NCBI GenBank assembly: GCA_030704615.1
Contig: CM060732.1
Location: 56,234,001 to 56,298,000 of the forward strand
Direction: 5' to 3'
From: Takakia lepidozioides
Taxonomy: Eukaryota; Plantae; Bryophyta
DNA: 64,000 nucleotides
The translations under genes and the position numbers were made by a program. The notes below the pieces were generated by a model that saw only the letters and a program-made list of their open reading frames with translations, was not told where the DNA came from and did no database searches. Positions 26,301 through 38,710 of the stretch are shown piece after piece. The stretch's first letter is position 1. Each line of letters opens with the position of its first letter.

Positions 26301-27100
26301 CAGGTACCATGTTGAAGGAATTAATTGCCTTCCAAGTTGTACATGGATTCATTTATACCAAGACCAAGGAGGTAGCAAGTATTGTCATGGGCTGCGGGTT
26401 ATACTACGCTGCTTGTTTTCTGGTACGTTATCACATTGAGCAGCACAAGATGCAATCGCGCTTTCTAAGTTATTCCAGTAGGGATCATTGGGTCTTACCT
26501 TCAGTGCCACCTCATATGTACCTATATGAGGCAAAAGTTATGATGCAAAAGAATTCTCAAATCCGTTCATGGTTTCATGCGGCCTGGAACAATTTGTCAA
26601 CACAGAAATTCGGCCCTGACGATATTTTCTTTAAAGGACATGAGGCATGGAAATACTTGCACAATTCACATGTCATTGGTACCCCACTCACCTGGACAGA
26701 CAAGGAGCTCAGGGTCTTCACCAATTTTACCATTCAGCGTTTACAGCAAGTTTTAAAGCTTAAACTTCCAGACATGGTAGGACAACATTGTATGCCCCAG
26801 AGGATTCCACAAAAAGTTCGGCAGTTAAAACACCTGAGAGGCGATGAGGATTCTGATACAACTGTTTCTTCAGGGGACTCTTTTGACATGGGAGAAGACT
26901 ATGCAATTCAGATGGCAGAGAAGAAGCGACGGGGATCTCCTATGCCTGAAAGATTACCTCGATATCAGCCTCCAGAGGGCCTTACATATCCAGGTAGTGT
27001 TCAATCATCTCCGTCAACCAGTGACAGACCTCGGGCTCGTATACAGAGTTTTTCGATACTCTCAACGTCAGAAAAGTGCTCGCTCACAAAGGTTTGCTAG
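23340..27100 (+). pseudogene. Extra 3' ORF region of the Gypsy element (plant-transposon-protein-like domain, long coiled coil, unknown C-terminal domain)
   Basis: Chain of sense ORFs 22909-24168, 24203-24460, 24746-25609, 25826-26161 and 26225-27100 between integrase and PPT. Contains the motif MLQFLQNF...VKGVELEITPLYLQQLFQLP and a heptad-rich segment at 24950-25850. Confidence 0.7.
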
Positions 27101-27134
27101 TCCCAATCAGTAAACCGTGAGGACACGGCTTTTT

Positions 27135-27151
27135 GAGAGGGAAAGGGGTAA
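27135..27151 (+). promoter_or_regulatory. Polypurine tract
   Basis: GAGAGGGAAAGGGGTAA immediately before the 3' LTR. Confidence 0.85.
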
Positions 27152-28242
27152 TGTTAGAGGACTGTCTGGGACTTAGACAAGTTTACGGGATCTGTGGGGT
27201 ACCCTTAATTTTTGCACAGACTGAGACCAACAGGAGCCTTAGGGGTGACAGCAGCGCACTTTAGGGGGGGGGTTTTACACAGCCCGTCACAGCCAACACA
27301 GCTCGTCACAGTCCGTCACAGCCAACACAGCTCGTCACAGTCCGACACAGCCCGTCACAGCCAACACAGCTCGTCACAGTCCGACACAGCCCGTCACAGC
27401 CAACACATCTCGTCACAGTCCGACACAGCTCGTCACAGCCCACACAGCTCGTCACAGTCCGACACAGCCCGTCACAGCCAACACAGCTCGTCACAGTCCA
27501 ACACAGCTCGTCACAGCCCACACAGCCCGTCACAGTCCAACACAGCCGACACAGCTGACACAGCCAGTCACAGCTCGATACAGCTGACACAGTCCAACAC
27601 AGTCGTACAGCCAGTCACAGCTTGACACAGCTGTCACGACCATAGGGAACGGATAGCAGGACAGGGAATGACTGTGGGGAACAACATCTGCGAATGGAAC
27701 ATGTTAGTTCACGCTTCTTGGGGAATCACTTCGGGAAGGAGTGGGGGAGCACTTCTTGGGGGGACTTCGGACATCACTGGGGGAAATGAGGCAGAGAGCG
27801 TATCTCTGAGCAGAAAGAGGGAGAGCACGGAGTAGGAGGAGGATGATCTGTTGATGCTTAATGAATGCAAGCAGTAGAATTGCAATGTAGAGCAGATTAG
27901 AGACTCCATGGCTTCAGCCTGATACTTGATAGATATTAATCTGATACACACTTCATACTCACACTGTGTAGAGAGATCTGAGTGAAGCTGTGGAATGAAT
28001 GGATGAGTTGATGGAATCCGATAGATTGCTGAAGCAAACTGATACTTAATTACCAACAGTAAGGTAACTAGCTAACATGAATGCGGGAAGGAAAACAAAT
28101 AGGAAACACCCCCATGATACACTAGTTGTAGGTCATGACTGATTGTTCTGAGCGGGCTGAGTGCTTAGAGATTTCCAACTCTTCTATCTTGGAGTTTCCG
28201 CCTCGGATAGCGAAGGGATGGGTGAGTAAAAGCCGCACAACA
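27152..28242 (+). repeat. 3' LTR (1091 bp) with expanded 39-bp minisatellite
   Basis: Starts TGTTAGAGGACTGTC and ends CACAACA. Confidence 0.93.
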
Positions 28243-28247
28243 CTCAC

Positions 28248-30181
28248 CACCCTCTTGGGGGGTGGATCAGGGTCTCTGTTGGCTCCAGCCTGGCGAAACA
28301 ACCACCTTGTTAGGATATACCTTTGGTATTAACCTCACAGACCAGCAAATCTTTGCCTCTACATTATCCAAACTAAAGAAAAAATTGACCTACTGGGGGT
28401 CAAAGCATCTCTCTCTCGTTGGTAGAGCCTTAGTGGTGAATCAGATTCATTCAACTGGTTTATGGTACTATGCCTCCTCATGGCGCCCTAACTCTAAACA
28501 TATGCAAGTAATCAGACGTCTCCTCCGGAACTTCATTTGGGGAGCAGAAAGCTCCATTCACAACAAGAGACCACAAGTAGCTTGGTTACAGATCTGTTTA
28601 CCAAAAAAAGAAGGAGGGATAGGGGTGTTGGACCCTGAACTACAGATAGTGGCCCTCCTTGGAAAATGGACTCCGCGCTTTCTTGGACCAGAAGGAGGTT
28701 GCTGGAAATTTTTGGTCTATGACCACATTGCCAATTCCTCGCCACTCAAAAACACCCCTTGGACCCCATCATTGCGCTGGATCACTCAAGGCTTCAACCT
28801 TAAATCAGTCAGTTCCACTCTATGGTCCAACATCTGGTTGGCCTGGGGAAGGCTCTGAAAACTGCTTACAAAAGCCCAGCCAAGCAACTTCTATGAAATC
28901 AAAAGACAACATCTATTTCTCAATGACATACCTCTAACTGCTCCTCAGAAAAACCAGGCTATGAGATGGTCCAAATGGGACTGCCTCGGGGTCGGACAGG
29001 TTCATAACATATGGTCGGGAGATAGTCTCATCTCTCAAGATGCGCTGGCCCTTTTTGTGGGGAGGTCCCGGGCATCTAAAGGTTACCATGATATCATTCA
29101 AACTATCCCACCACAGTGGCTGGCCACTCTGGCACTTGGCCCTCCGCAGCCAGCTCCCAACTCATGGGCTTTAGTCATTCTGCAAAACAAGCTTACCATT
29201 CTGTTTCTAGATGAACTCAGTCACAATGATATGTCAGTATACACCTTCTCTATTGACACCTTCTCTCTTAGGCTTACACTTACAAACTCAAACCCAGTTC
29301 ACTTCAATCTCAGGACTCTAACGCCGGTGAGGATATGCTGCTGGACAGCCCCAGATAAAGCCATGGATCCTATACCGCCCCTTACAACCACAACCAGATC
29401 ATGGCTTCTTTCTAACACCTTTGTCTGGATTCTAGGGAGACCTCTCGCAGAAATGGACATTGACCCCCAAGAATGGTCCTGGAAATTCAACAATGTTCCA
29501 GAGCCCTTCTTTGCATACACAACTAAGAAGGGATACAAAGCATTATCTGTGTCTCGACCTATGAACAAGAAATGGGAAGCTAGATGGGGATTGTACAATT
29601 TCTGTGATGAAAAGTGGAAGACTATTTGGGGTTCAGTTTGGATTAAATCCCGCCCTTCAAAGATTGCATCCTTTCTATGGCAATTAGTAAACAAGGTTCT
29701 CAAAGGTGGGGAATGGCTACAGTTTCAGAGTTCAATTTTATGTGCTTGCTGTTCTACTGTAGTGACAGAATCGATAGAACATTGCCTCCTCTCCTGCCAA
29801 GCCCCAGCAAGGATTTGGCCCCATATCAAAACCTTCTATCAAACCTGGAACCCTTCCTCTCTTTCAGACACAATCATTCTCCTAAACTATGATCCAACCA
29901 CAAAAAACAGAGCCATTAACTGCCCTGTTTTTGAAACCTTAAGAGCATCAGTCTTGTGGCATCTATGGAAACTAAGATGCAAGAATACCTTTCTAGGAGA
30001 GACCACTTCCATATCTGCCCTCCTGGCTACTGTATTTCTTGACTTACAAACTGAAGCTAGGAAGGCATGGGCCAAAATATGTGCAGTCATACAGCGGGAT
30101 GCCAGGAACGCGGAGGCCATCCACATGAACTTTCAGCACACCTGGGGTAGAAAGGGGATCATATGCAGCAGCCCTGTGTAG
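28248..30181 (+). pseudogene. LINE ORF2, 3' part (end of RT, thumb, zf-RVT)
   Basis: TLLGYTFG; LSLVGRALVVN; RNFIW; VAWLQICLPKKEGGIG; KIASFLW; CACC..ESIEHCLLSC; LWHLWKLRC. Confidence 0.92.
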
Positions 30182-30636
30182 GACCAATGCTACTGGAACG
30201 CTCTCCCCCCAGCAGCCTGGCGAGATCTCCGTGCGCCGCTACACTCTTTCCCCCGAATTTGAAAGGGACATCAACTGGAAGCATCTGAAACCCTCCTCGA
30301 CGGCTTCCAAGTTGCACTACAGATAGATCGCAATTTCCATCGTGGAGAAGATCAATGAACTATCTACTCTCATTGCCACTCCTCCCCTGCCATTCTAGAC
30401 AATCTTAGAAAGTCCATCAGGACACTCCTCTCTCCTAAGCTTCGCTTCAGATCTAGGGCAGTGTGCCCGGTTTTTTTTTCCCATCAAATAATTGATAATA
30501 AATATATCAGGGATATAACCCCCTGTTCCTTAAATAAAATAAAAAATAAAATAAAATAAATAAATCTTTAAACATGTTAAGAATAGTAATATGCCTCAAG
30601 GGTAGATCACTATAGCATGGATGTGTGGGATCTGGC

Positions 30637-30770
30637 ATAATAATAATATATGACGTCTCCTTTGGGAGGTGTAAATTATGGTCCCAAAGGGCACAACTTT
30701 GTGACACCACTCCGGGGATTGAACCCACAACCGCTTTTGAGGTGGTATGTGGGCATTACCACTGGGCTAC
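30637..30770 (-). mobile_element. tRNA-derived SINE, copy 3
   Basis: Minus strand reads GTAGCCCAGTGG (A box), GGTTCAATCCC (B box), ccataatttacac, ggagacgtcata, then (TTA)n. Same family as 2321-2518. Confidence 0.75.
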
Positions 30771-31210
30771 AATGTGGTGGGGCTGGCTGCTGCGTATTAC
30801 TGCTCGTCCCCTCCACACATATGACAAAACCTACCAGATCTAAGGTGGACCCCGTATGCCCCATCTAAATTTAATACCCGGACCCTGACCCATTACATTG
30901 GCCCACGAGTAGCGGGTTTAACGGGTTCTGGACCCAGCAGGCGGGTCCGGGTCCGGTTCCGGGTTCATTTTAGAAATGAATCCGAGTTAGGGTCCGGGTT
31001 TTTTGTGATAGCACGGGTCTGGGTGCGGGTGCGGGTAACCCGGATCCTAACCCGCTGGGTACCCGCCTTCAAAATCCGGACCCGCACAACACTGGCAGAA
31101 ACCCATAGGAGGTCTGCCCAAAGGGTCAAAAACACCCCCTCTTAAGGTCCTAAATACTTTGTTCAATGAGAAACACCCCCTCTTTAGGTCTTAAATACTT
31201 TCTCATTGAA

Positions 31211-31616
31211 CAATATTAGCGTCTTGAATGCCCGCGCGTGTGGCAGAGGGGTCGCGGAGGGTGGGCGCGCCCAGACCCGGCCAGTCTACTGCTGGGTCTG
31301 TCGGGCAAGCTAGTCTGTTGGGGCCCACAATATACACATAAAGCATTAGTTAACTTTCTAGCTTTCTATCTTTCAAATCATGTGAGGTTGTACTGTGGCA
31401 GATTTGTGGCAGATTTGTCGAAGGGTCTGCGAGTCCGCTCGTTGGTCTGCTGGAGGGTCTGCCCAATCCGCTAGAAGGTCTGCAGCGGTAGATGAACAAG
31501 GACTTGGAAAAATTTCAGAATCTGGCCGACCCGGTGAATGGGCGGTGGACCGTACATGCAGGGCCCATGAGCTCACCCCATGGGCCATCCTGGCGGCATT
31601 CAAGACGCTAATAGTA
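31211..31616. mobile_element. Small TIR element (MITE; ends resemble degenerate CACTA termini)
   Basis: Perfect 19-bp inverted repeat TATTAGCGTCTTGAATGCC (31214-31232 / 31595-31613). The termini CAATA and TACTA each differ by one base from CACTA. GC-rich interior. Confidence 0.55.
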
Positions 31617-31921
31617 AAAAATGAGAGGCGTTCATACGCATTGCACATTGCAAAAATATACCATATCATACCTGTATTTTTGCACATTCGGTATAAAGAA
31701 GATGCCATAAATGCCTTTGAATTCCCTTGCCCTAACTCCACACATACACCTACTCTGCCTTTGGAGGCTCACGTAGCAACAATACTGGCATCAATACCAA
31801 TCTTGTCCATCGCAATACCAAACGGGTAGGGTATATACCATAGTATGGAGCAAGGTATGTATTGCCCCTAGTATGGTATTGCACAGGTATTGGCCACTTT
31901 ACCTATCAGCCGGGTATGGTC

Positions 31922-34900
31922 CAGTGTTGGCCGGGTATGGCATTTAGACATTCATACCCGAGGGTTATTTGCCAGTTATGCATACGTGCATAACCAGAAA
32001 GTGTAGCCCCAGGGATCCGACTATGGAAGGGAACTGGCGAAGGCCATCCAGGTTGCTAACCGACTAGGGAACCGGGCGACGTGCTTGTAAGGGTGTTATA
32101 CCCAGAGCGAGATCCGAAGCAAGTATGGATGGCGTAGAGGCGGTTCTAGATAATGCAGGTGCAGGATCCAAAAGAAATGCTTTCAACTTATTTTGATTTC
32201 GCCGCCATGCACGAATGCATGTCTGCTCTATCACGCCGCCATTGACATCTTTTCAATCAATTCTATCATCCCTCCATTAAGGTTTCTTGTTTATGTTTTG
32301 TGCAATGGCAAACGTGCTGCTTGATTTCATAACCTTTTCCTCATTTGAGTTTTGTTTTTGTAACTTTCTCTTGTCATGGCTCAGCAAGATAGCTGTGACG
32401 TGTTTGCCGATGGTGTACATGGTAGACAGGCAAAATCGGGTACTCTCGCTATAATTGACTTAGAGTGCGGAACTTCAAATGATGGAGGAGGCATTGATGT
32501 AGCTATCGATATTGCCCCACAGATTGCAGAGTTGCAACAGTCACAAGTTTTGCAAGGATGAGCTGATTTTTGGAAACCCTACAACCGCAGTTCGGTTTGT
32601 TGGTCATTTTTTGCTCTAAACGATTCACTTCATGTCGATACTGTCAACCCACAAATGCTGCGATGCATTATTTGTCACTCTCAATCTACAACTACCAACA
32701 TTATTGGCCAGCGCATCGTTGCTAGAAAAGGCTTGGTGAAATACAACAAAGACAACAGAATTACAACAATGGGCAAACATGTGCACATGGCTCATCCTCA
32801 TTTATTTGCCATGATGAAAGCACAGGTCAGCAGAACAATCGCAAATGGCCGAGCACAGTTGTCAAGCAAGAAAGAAATGGTCATTGCCTACAGGTTGTGC
32901 CATCACTTCATTTTTCGGTTCTACCACTCGCTATTAAAAAAAACAGACGAGCAACAAGTGAAGTTTCTTGAGGACCTCGTGCTTTACATGGCTAAGGGTT
33001 ACAGATCCTTGTCTTCAGTGGAAAATATATGGCTCAGGAAGTTGGTTTTGAGGCAATGCCCCCGAGTTGTCTTTCCTTCCCGCAAGGCTCTGGTCGACAA
33101 AATTTTGCCATCGATGGTTACCAAGACAATGGAGAATTATGTGTTGTCTTCTTTGAATACTTGTGTGACCGGCTCTGCCAACTTTGACTTGTGGATGAGT
33201 AGGGGTGGGATAGACACATTTGATCTAGTCATCAACTTCCTCAATGACAAGTGGATCCCAATGCATGTGACAATGGGATTATTCGAGGTATCTGATACCT
33301 CAGGTGCAGCGATGGCAATACAACTGCAATCTCTTCTTCATACTTTTGGCTTGACACAACGTATAATCGCCTTTGTTAAGGATGAAGGAGGAAAATTGAG
33401 TACCATGGCAGCTGCTCTTAGATCCATTGTGTCGTGTGACTTCCTACAGACACAATCAGTTTTGAGGTCGCATGCTTTGGACATGTTATGTCTAAAGCAT
33501 GTTAGTATGCGACAAATGATCTGAAAGTCTGTCTTGGTTTGAGGGAGGGTTCGATCAAAGATGCTCAGGCCTGTTTACAGAAGACTATTACTTGGACAAA
33601 GAAATCTGGAAAGGGTCGGCAAGAATGGAATAAGACATGCATAGACTTTGGCCTACGGCCTCGCAAGCTGAAGACTCCCGTGAAAACCAGGTTTGCATCT
33701 AAAGTCATAATGTTTGAAGAGACCCTTGAGTTTAAAGAGGCCATTATCACATGTTACAATCGGCAAACTCTTACTTTGCAACAAAGAGTTCCTAAGCCTC
33801 AGGTATGGGCTATTGCCGAAGCAGTTACAAGTTCTTTGAACCCTGTGGTGACTGCTTGTGTTCTTAATCAATCAACAGGTCACTGGTTGTTGTCTGATGC
33901 CCTCAATGTTACCATCTCTTTGTCCGTGTGCATGCAAGAGGAGAAAGCTCAGTTTCATGATGAGACTCAGCCACCTGATTCTTGGATGCGGAGCTTCTCG
34001 TACTCCAAAGCTGAATTCGTGAAGAGGTCATTACTGTTTTGCAGCCTTTTCTCAACTTTTTGGTGTCATTTAATGTCAGGAAGTCACAGAACATGTTGGC
34101 GCTGATGTTGGACCCTCGTTTCAAAGGCCTGAAATTGGTCACGGATTATGTGGGACGTGGTGCAACTATCTAGATTGTTTCAGAATATGACCAGAAAGCA
34201 CTGATCCCTCTACTACTGCTTTGCTTCAAAAGATTGAACCCTTGTGCATCTGCAAGTGATAGTGTCTCCAATAATGTTGAAATTGCTGAAGAGAACAATC
34301 TTTTTGGGGAGGGAGTATCTGACGAAGAATCCTCGATTACTTGTGCAGGGAGAGCTATCTTTGTTTAGGCGGCTGTCCATTCTGCCAATAGCATCTTCAG
34401 ATCCCCTGTCATGGTGGCAGGATCATGAGGGACAATTTCCAAATGTGGCATTTTTGGCCAAACAAATTTTGGGCATTCATGGTCCCAATCAAGACTGAAC
34501 GTGTGTTCAGTATTGCTGGTGTCCTCACATCACTTGGGCATTATTGTTTGCAGGTTGAGAACTTGGATCGTTTGATCATGGTCATCAAGAATTGGCCGGA
34601 TGACCCTCGGCTTGACTGCAACCTTCAAGACCGTGCCTTGAAAAGTTTTATGGCTACAGATGCTTGTCTTTCCAAGGAGAATTATGGTGCGATAGAAGAA
34701 GCAAGTTTCTTTGAGGAGCTGCCTCTGGAGCACGAGAATTAAACTTGCACAACAAAACCTCACTTGACAGTACAAGTGGATTATCATTGTACATGGCCTT
34801 CACTTGGATAGTTGTTATCTTCTGGAATCATGTTGTTGTCTATTGTGCATTTAGTGGCCCTATAAACTAGGTTTCCATGGATCATTTCTCTGGGGGTTCA

Positions 34901-37735
34901 AGGCACCTGCAAGTTGGCCTCCAGTTTTAGGCAGCCTTGTTCTAGTAACAGTATTGTGTTTTGTTGGGTATGTCACTGTCCCCAATGTCTGGACAACAAA
35001 CCCTGATATGACGTGCATAACATTCTTCAAGTTGTGGGTTGTTCTGGTCTAGCCCGAGTCTTGCAGGTGCAGTATATAATCTCTACTTCATTGCCAGTTG
35101 TTGAGGCTAGTCTTGCCGAGATACACTGGCATGGCTGGGTGTGTGGGCATGCGTGTGATTCAAGAAGTTAGTTTAACGTCCAGCAAATTAACATCCAGCA
35201 ATGTCTGAATATTCTCTCCAGTAAGGGACTTATTATCTTGGTGTAATCAATTTGTTAGGGCTTTTCCATATTTTCCTCTAGAAAGCCCTTCACATAAGCA
35301 TCAATCTGCTGTGTGCTATGCCCAGAAACGGCATTGCTATTTAGTTGCCTATAACGTAATAATGTAGTTTTGTGAGTTTCAAAAAAAAAAAGTACTTAAG
35401 AGCTCTTGTTGCTAGACTTGAGGGGAAAAGTGAGGGAGAATCTGGTGAAACACCACTATTAGTAACTCTGCCTCTCTTTCTCTCTCTGCCGAGATTATGA
35501 AGTGTCATTTCATTTTTGTTCTCTACGCTTCATAGAGCCATCCCTGAGTATATGCTCTCTCTTCTCTTGTTGTTCATTTCTCTAACACATTCATTTATTT
35601 TCTCCCGTAGTTTTACTTAATTCCACGGACACTGTGCTGGTTGTGTCATGAGTCTTTTTTTGTTTGGCAGGCATAAACCACTAAAAGATGCACGTTTCCT
35701 GAGCTTGGTCTATGCTTGTGTACTCGGGGTGGCAGGTGGTGGAACTGAAGGTGCAGCCAACTGCTAAATCTGTTGAAGGACCATGAGCACTGCTAGCTCT
35801 TGTCCACATACATGTGCAAATCCATGTTCCCTGTTTCCACTTTCTGTCTATGATTTCATTCAGCATGGCCCGATTACTGCAATTAGCCCGGGTTTGTCTC
35901 CGCAGATCCAGTGGAAGAAAGACCATGGTAAGTTTGATCTTCCTTTCACTCAAGGCACTGTTGTATCCTCTCTATTGTCCTTCAGAGGTAATAAATCTCT
36001 CTTCTCTCTATGGATGGTCTTTGACATGAAAAGTCTTATGGCAATTTCATGCTTAAGTTGTCACCCAGTGTTATATAATAACCTACTCTGATGGTATAGA
36101 ATTACACAAAAATACTTTCAGTCTTCATGGTTCATGGCATTCGCATGCCGGGCACTAGGCTAGCTTTCAAACTCAGATTGGGTTGCCTAAAGAGTAACTT
36201 GACTTCACGGGGGAAGAAACGATCCCACATTTGTGAAGATTTGTTGATGCCTTTGTAGTTGGTACTCTTATGAATAAGAAGCCCCATTTGGAATCATCAA
36301 ATGAATTTTTGGTGCACCTTGTTTTGCTCTGTTTGAGCTTTTGAGACAAGCTGAAAGATGTGGCACTCATAAGTCTGCACTCAATTTAGTTTTGCAAGAA
36401 AGCCCCACTGGACAATAGTGATGCTTATAAGCCTAATGAGCACATTCAGCTATTAGGGTATGTACTTGATGAAGCTTAGAGTCAGAATGCATGCAGCCCT
36501 TGCTTGACATGTATGAAGACCCTGGTAAGTGCCCAAGTTCTGAAACATAAAGGCTAATAGCATGAGGCTGGTTGGTGTGCAGGCCGAGAGGAGGCTCTTC
36601 TCATAGCAACATTTGACAAAGGGTTATATCCCCACTCCACCATTATGATTGAATGACTTGTCCCTTTGAAATCATTTTTCTTCCAGTGGTGGTGTAAATC
36701 TCATTTGCCTAAGTGTCACAAGAAGGTGCAATTTTGTCAAGTTAGGCATCTGCAATTTAATCAAATACGAGGAAAATTCCAATATCTCCAACTCTCATAT
36801 CTGGTGAAAGCCCATCACAACCAAGGTTTGTCAATGAGAAAATGATCGTTCTGGTGCTTGCATTCTTGAGAGTTGATATATAGATTGTTGTCAGTGCACA
36901 CCAGGAGTGCACTTCCCTGTGCAGAGTTGTGTAACTTACAAGATTACATTTTGTGTGTAATTGCTTTAATTTTAAGTCAAAGTACATTGCTTAATAGTCA
37001 ATGACACAAATTTGATGACATAGAGTTTGATATGGCTAGGCTCTTTGCAGCCAGCTTTGCTCATTTTGAAAGGGTCTTTTCCTGAAACATGTGGCCAGTA
37101 ATCGTGGTAACCCAGATTTTCCTTTGAGAGATTTTGAGACACTTTATAGGAGAATCCATACTTCTAGAATCATGCACTATTCAAGTAAGCATCACAATGA
37201 TGGCACATACAAAATAACACGCCCGATTATATTCAATTTGCAGAGATATGAAATACTATGATTCTAGTAGGGTAGTTTGTTTGTGTAACCGCCTGTGACT
37301 CTTCAAATCTCTTTATTATTACTATTATTTTTCTGGTCCTCTTGAAATCTAAATATATCCACCGTCCCCTGTTCAAAAAAAACAAAAAACAAACAAACAA
37401 ACAAACAAACAAATATATATATATATATATATGTATGTCATAGCTGAAAATCAATTTATCCTCTCACAGGCCTAATTTGTCAGCCAAGTGTTTCCCTTTT
37501 AAAAAATAAATAAAATAAATAAAACCACTATTGAAATATAGGACGTAGTCTTCCACTTGGATAACCGGCATATTGATAACCGAGACACTTTTTTTGGGGA
37601 CCCTTCTATTGATAACTTGAAACGACTTAATTTTCGAACCACTACATTATATATAACCGCCTCCATACCACTTTAAATGATGATGCCTTACCCGGACCCT
37701 TCAATATGCCCAAAATGTGATACCGGCCAACACTA
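31922..37735 (+). mobile_element. hAT DNA transposon with ~2.7 kb of extra DNA 3' of the transposase
   Basis: TIR CAGTGTTGGCCGG / CCGGCCAACACTA. 8-bp TSD GTATGGTC (31914-31921) / GTACGGTC (37736-37743). Confidence 0.85.
32376..34742 (+). pseudogene. hAT transposase, paralogue of 5558-7894
   Basis: CIIC..KHVHMAH; NFDLWMSRGG; FVKDEGG; TITWTKKSGKGRQEW; KTPVKTRFAS; ERVFSIAG; several frameshifts. Confidence 0.9.
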
Positions 37736-37989
37736 GTACGGTCTTACCTACCCGGGTTGATATCTGTATTGATACCCGGGTGGACCTATGTCTTTTCATC
37801 CCTTGGATGAAAAATTGCAACCTATCAACCAATATTCATTTATCCAATCCAAACTACATACTAAATGGAAGGCCCATAGTCAACTCACCCCATAACCCAG
37901 GGACCAGAAAATAATAACGCGCAAGTAGACAAGGCCTTTGATCTACTATTCTCATCAGACTACCTTTCTCTCTGCATAGTAGACAAAGT

Positions 37990-38710
37990 TCTGCATGGTA
38001 CAATCGGCCACAAACTGATGATGCACATCATCATGGAGATCTATCTACATGGCGACGCATTTGCGATCATGCACACAAGACAAGTCCCGAGTCCAAATTT
38101 TGCTTCATCTATCTTGCATCGGAGGATATCAAGAAAAGAATGTTGGTATATGGTATTTGCATCGAACATACCTTGCTCAAGCCACAGCTCCATACCCGAA
38201 GAACCAATATGATAGGTATTACAGCCACACCACAGGAGATTGTTGCTGAAAGACATGCACTCATGTTGGTAATAAAAAGTCTCAACCCCCTACACTCACA
38301 AGCGAATACAGAGGCTGCATTCCACGCTATTCTTGGCAATGAGAACATCGCGCAGATACACTTCAGCAAAGTCATTCCTGCCGAGAAATCCAAGCATATC
38401 GGTATGGTTCCATTCATCCGCAAGAACCCGACCATTGACACGCAATGATGTAACAAACCACATATACTCGAGCTAGACCGTTATGTCAAATTCAAGCCTC
38501 GTACGAACAGCCTGAACGGCTCCGCCCCACTAGCCAAGGAAATACTGGAACGACTTCGTGTTGCCAATATAAATCAGGCTCTAGTGGACACTATCAACTC
38601 CATCAACATCAAGCTAGGCTCAAGCTCCAATCACGGCCACGACTCCATGATGTCCGAAATTGACAAACTCATGTTATCTCGATCAAAACCAATATACGAG
38701 GAGACCTAAC
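37990..38710 (+). pseudogene. Degraded coding fragment, possibly the N-terminal/ORF1 part of the RLE retrotransposon at 41300-46427
   Basis: ORF 38140-38448 continues past a stop (...YVKFKPRTNSLNGSAP...). It has the same C/A-rich plus-strand composition as 41300-46300. No diagnostic motif. Confidence 0.35.

Larger units (their letters stand above)
14955..28242 (+). mobile_element. Ty3/Gypsy LTR retrotransposon (non-chromovirus) with extra ORFs
   Basis: TG...CA LTRs, 5-bp TSD CTCAT/CTCAC (4/5), PBS, PPT, and domain order gag-PR-RT-RH-INT. Confidence 0.95.
9465..30564 (+). mobile_element. Full-length L1/Tx1-type LINE (~7.8 kb) split by a Gypsy insertion
   Basis: G-rich 5' start at 9465, ORF1 with a CCHC knuckle, ORF2 with APE, RT and zf-RVT, and an A-rich tail at 30532-30564. 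The TSD is only weakly suggested (cttaaacttg / tttaaacatg). Confidence 0.88.
8948..31094. mobile_element. Non-autonomous hAT element (~1 kb of own sequence) inflated to 22.1 kb by nested LINE, Gypsy and SINE insertions
   Basis: TIR CAGTGTTATGCGGGT / ACCCGCACAACACTG (14/15 match). Perfect 8-bp TSD GCAGAAAC (8940-8947, 31095-31102). CGGGT/ACCCG subterminal repeats at 8950-9160 and 30840-31090. Confidence 0.92.

Noticed and set aside
27212-27625. HSQHSSSQSDTAR repeat protein (also 15015-15257 and antisense Cys-rich ORFs)
   Set aside because: These are translations of the LTR minisatellite.
30700-30775. tRNA gene
   Set aside because: A and B boxes are present but there is no convincing acceptor or anticodon stem. 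It continues into a shared body and (TTA)n tail, so it is a SINE.
31104-37790. Outer element with CATAGG...CCTATG ends enclosing the third hAT
   Set aside because: The inverted match is short and gapped, and no TSD was found.
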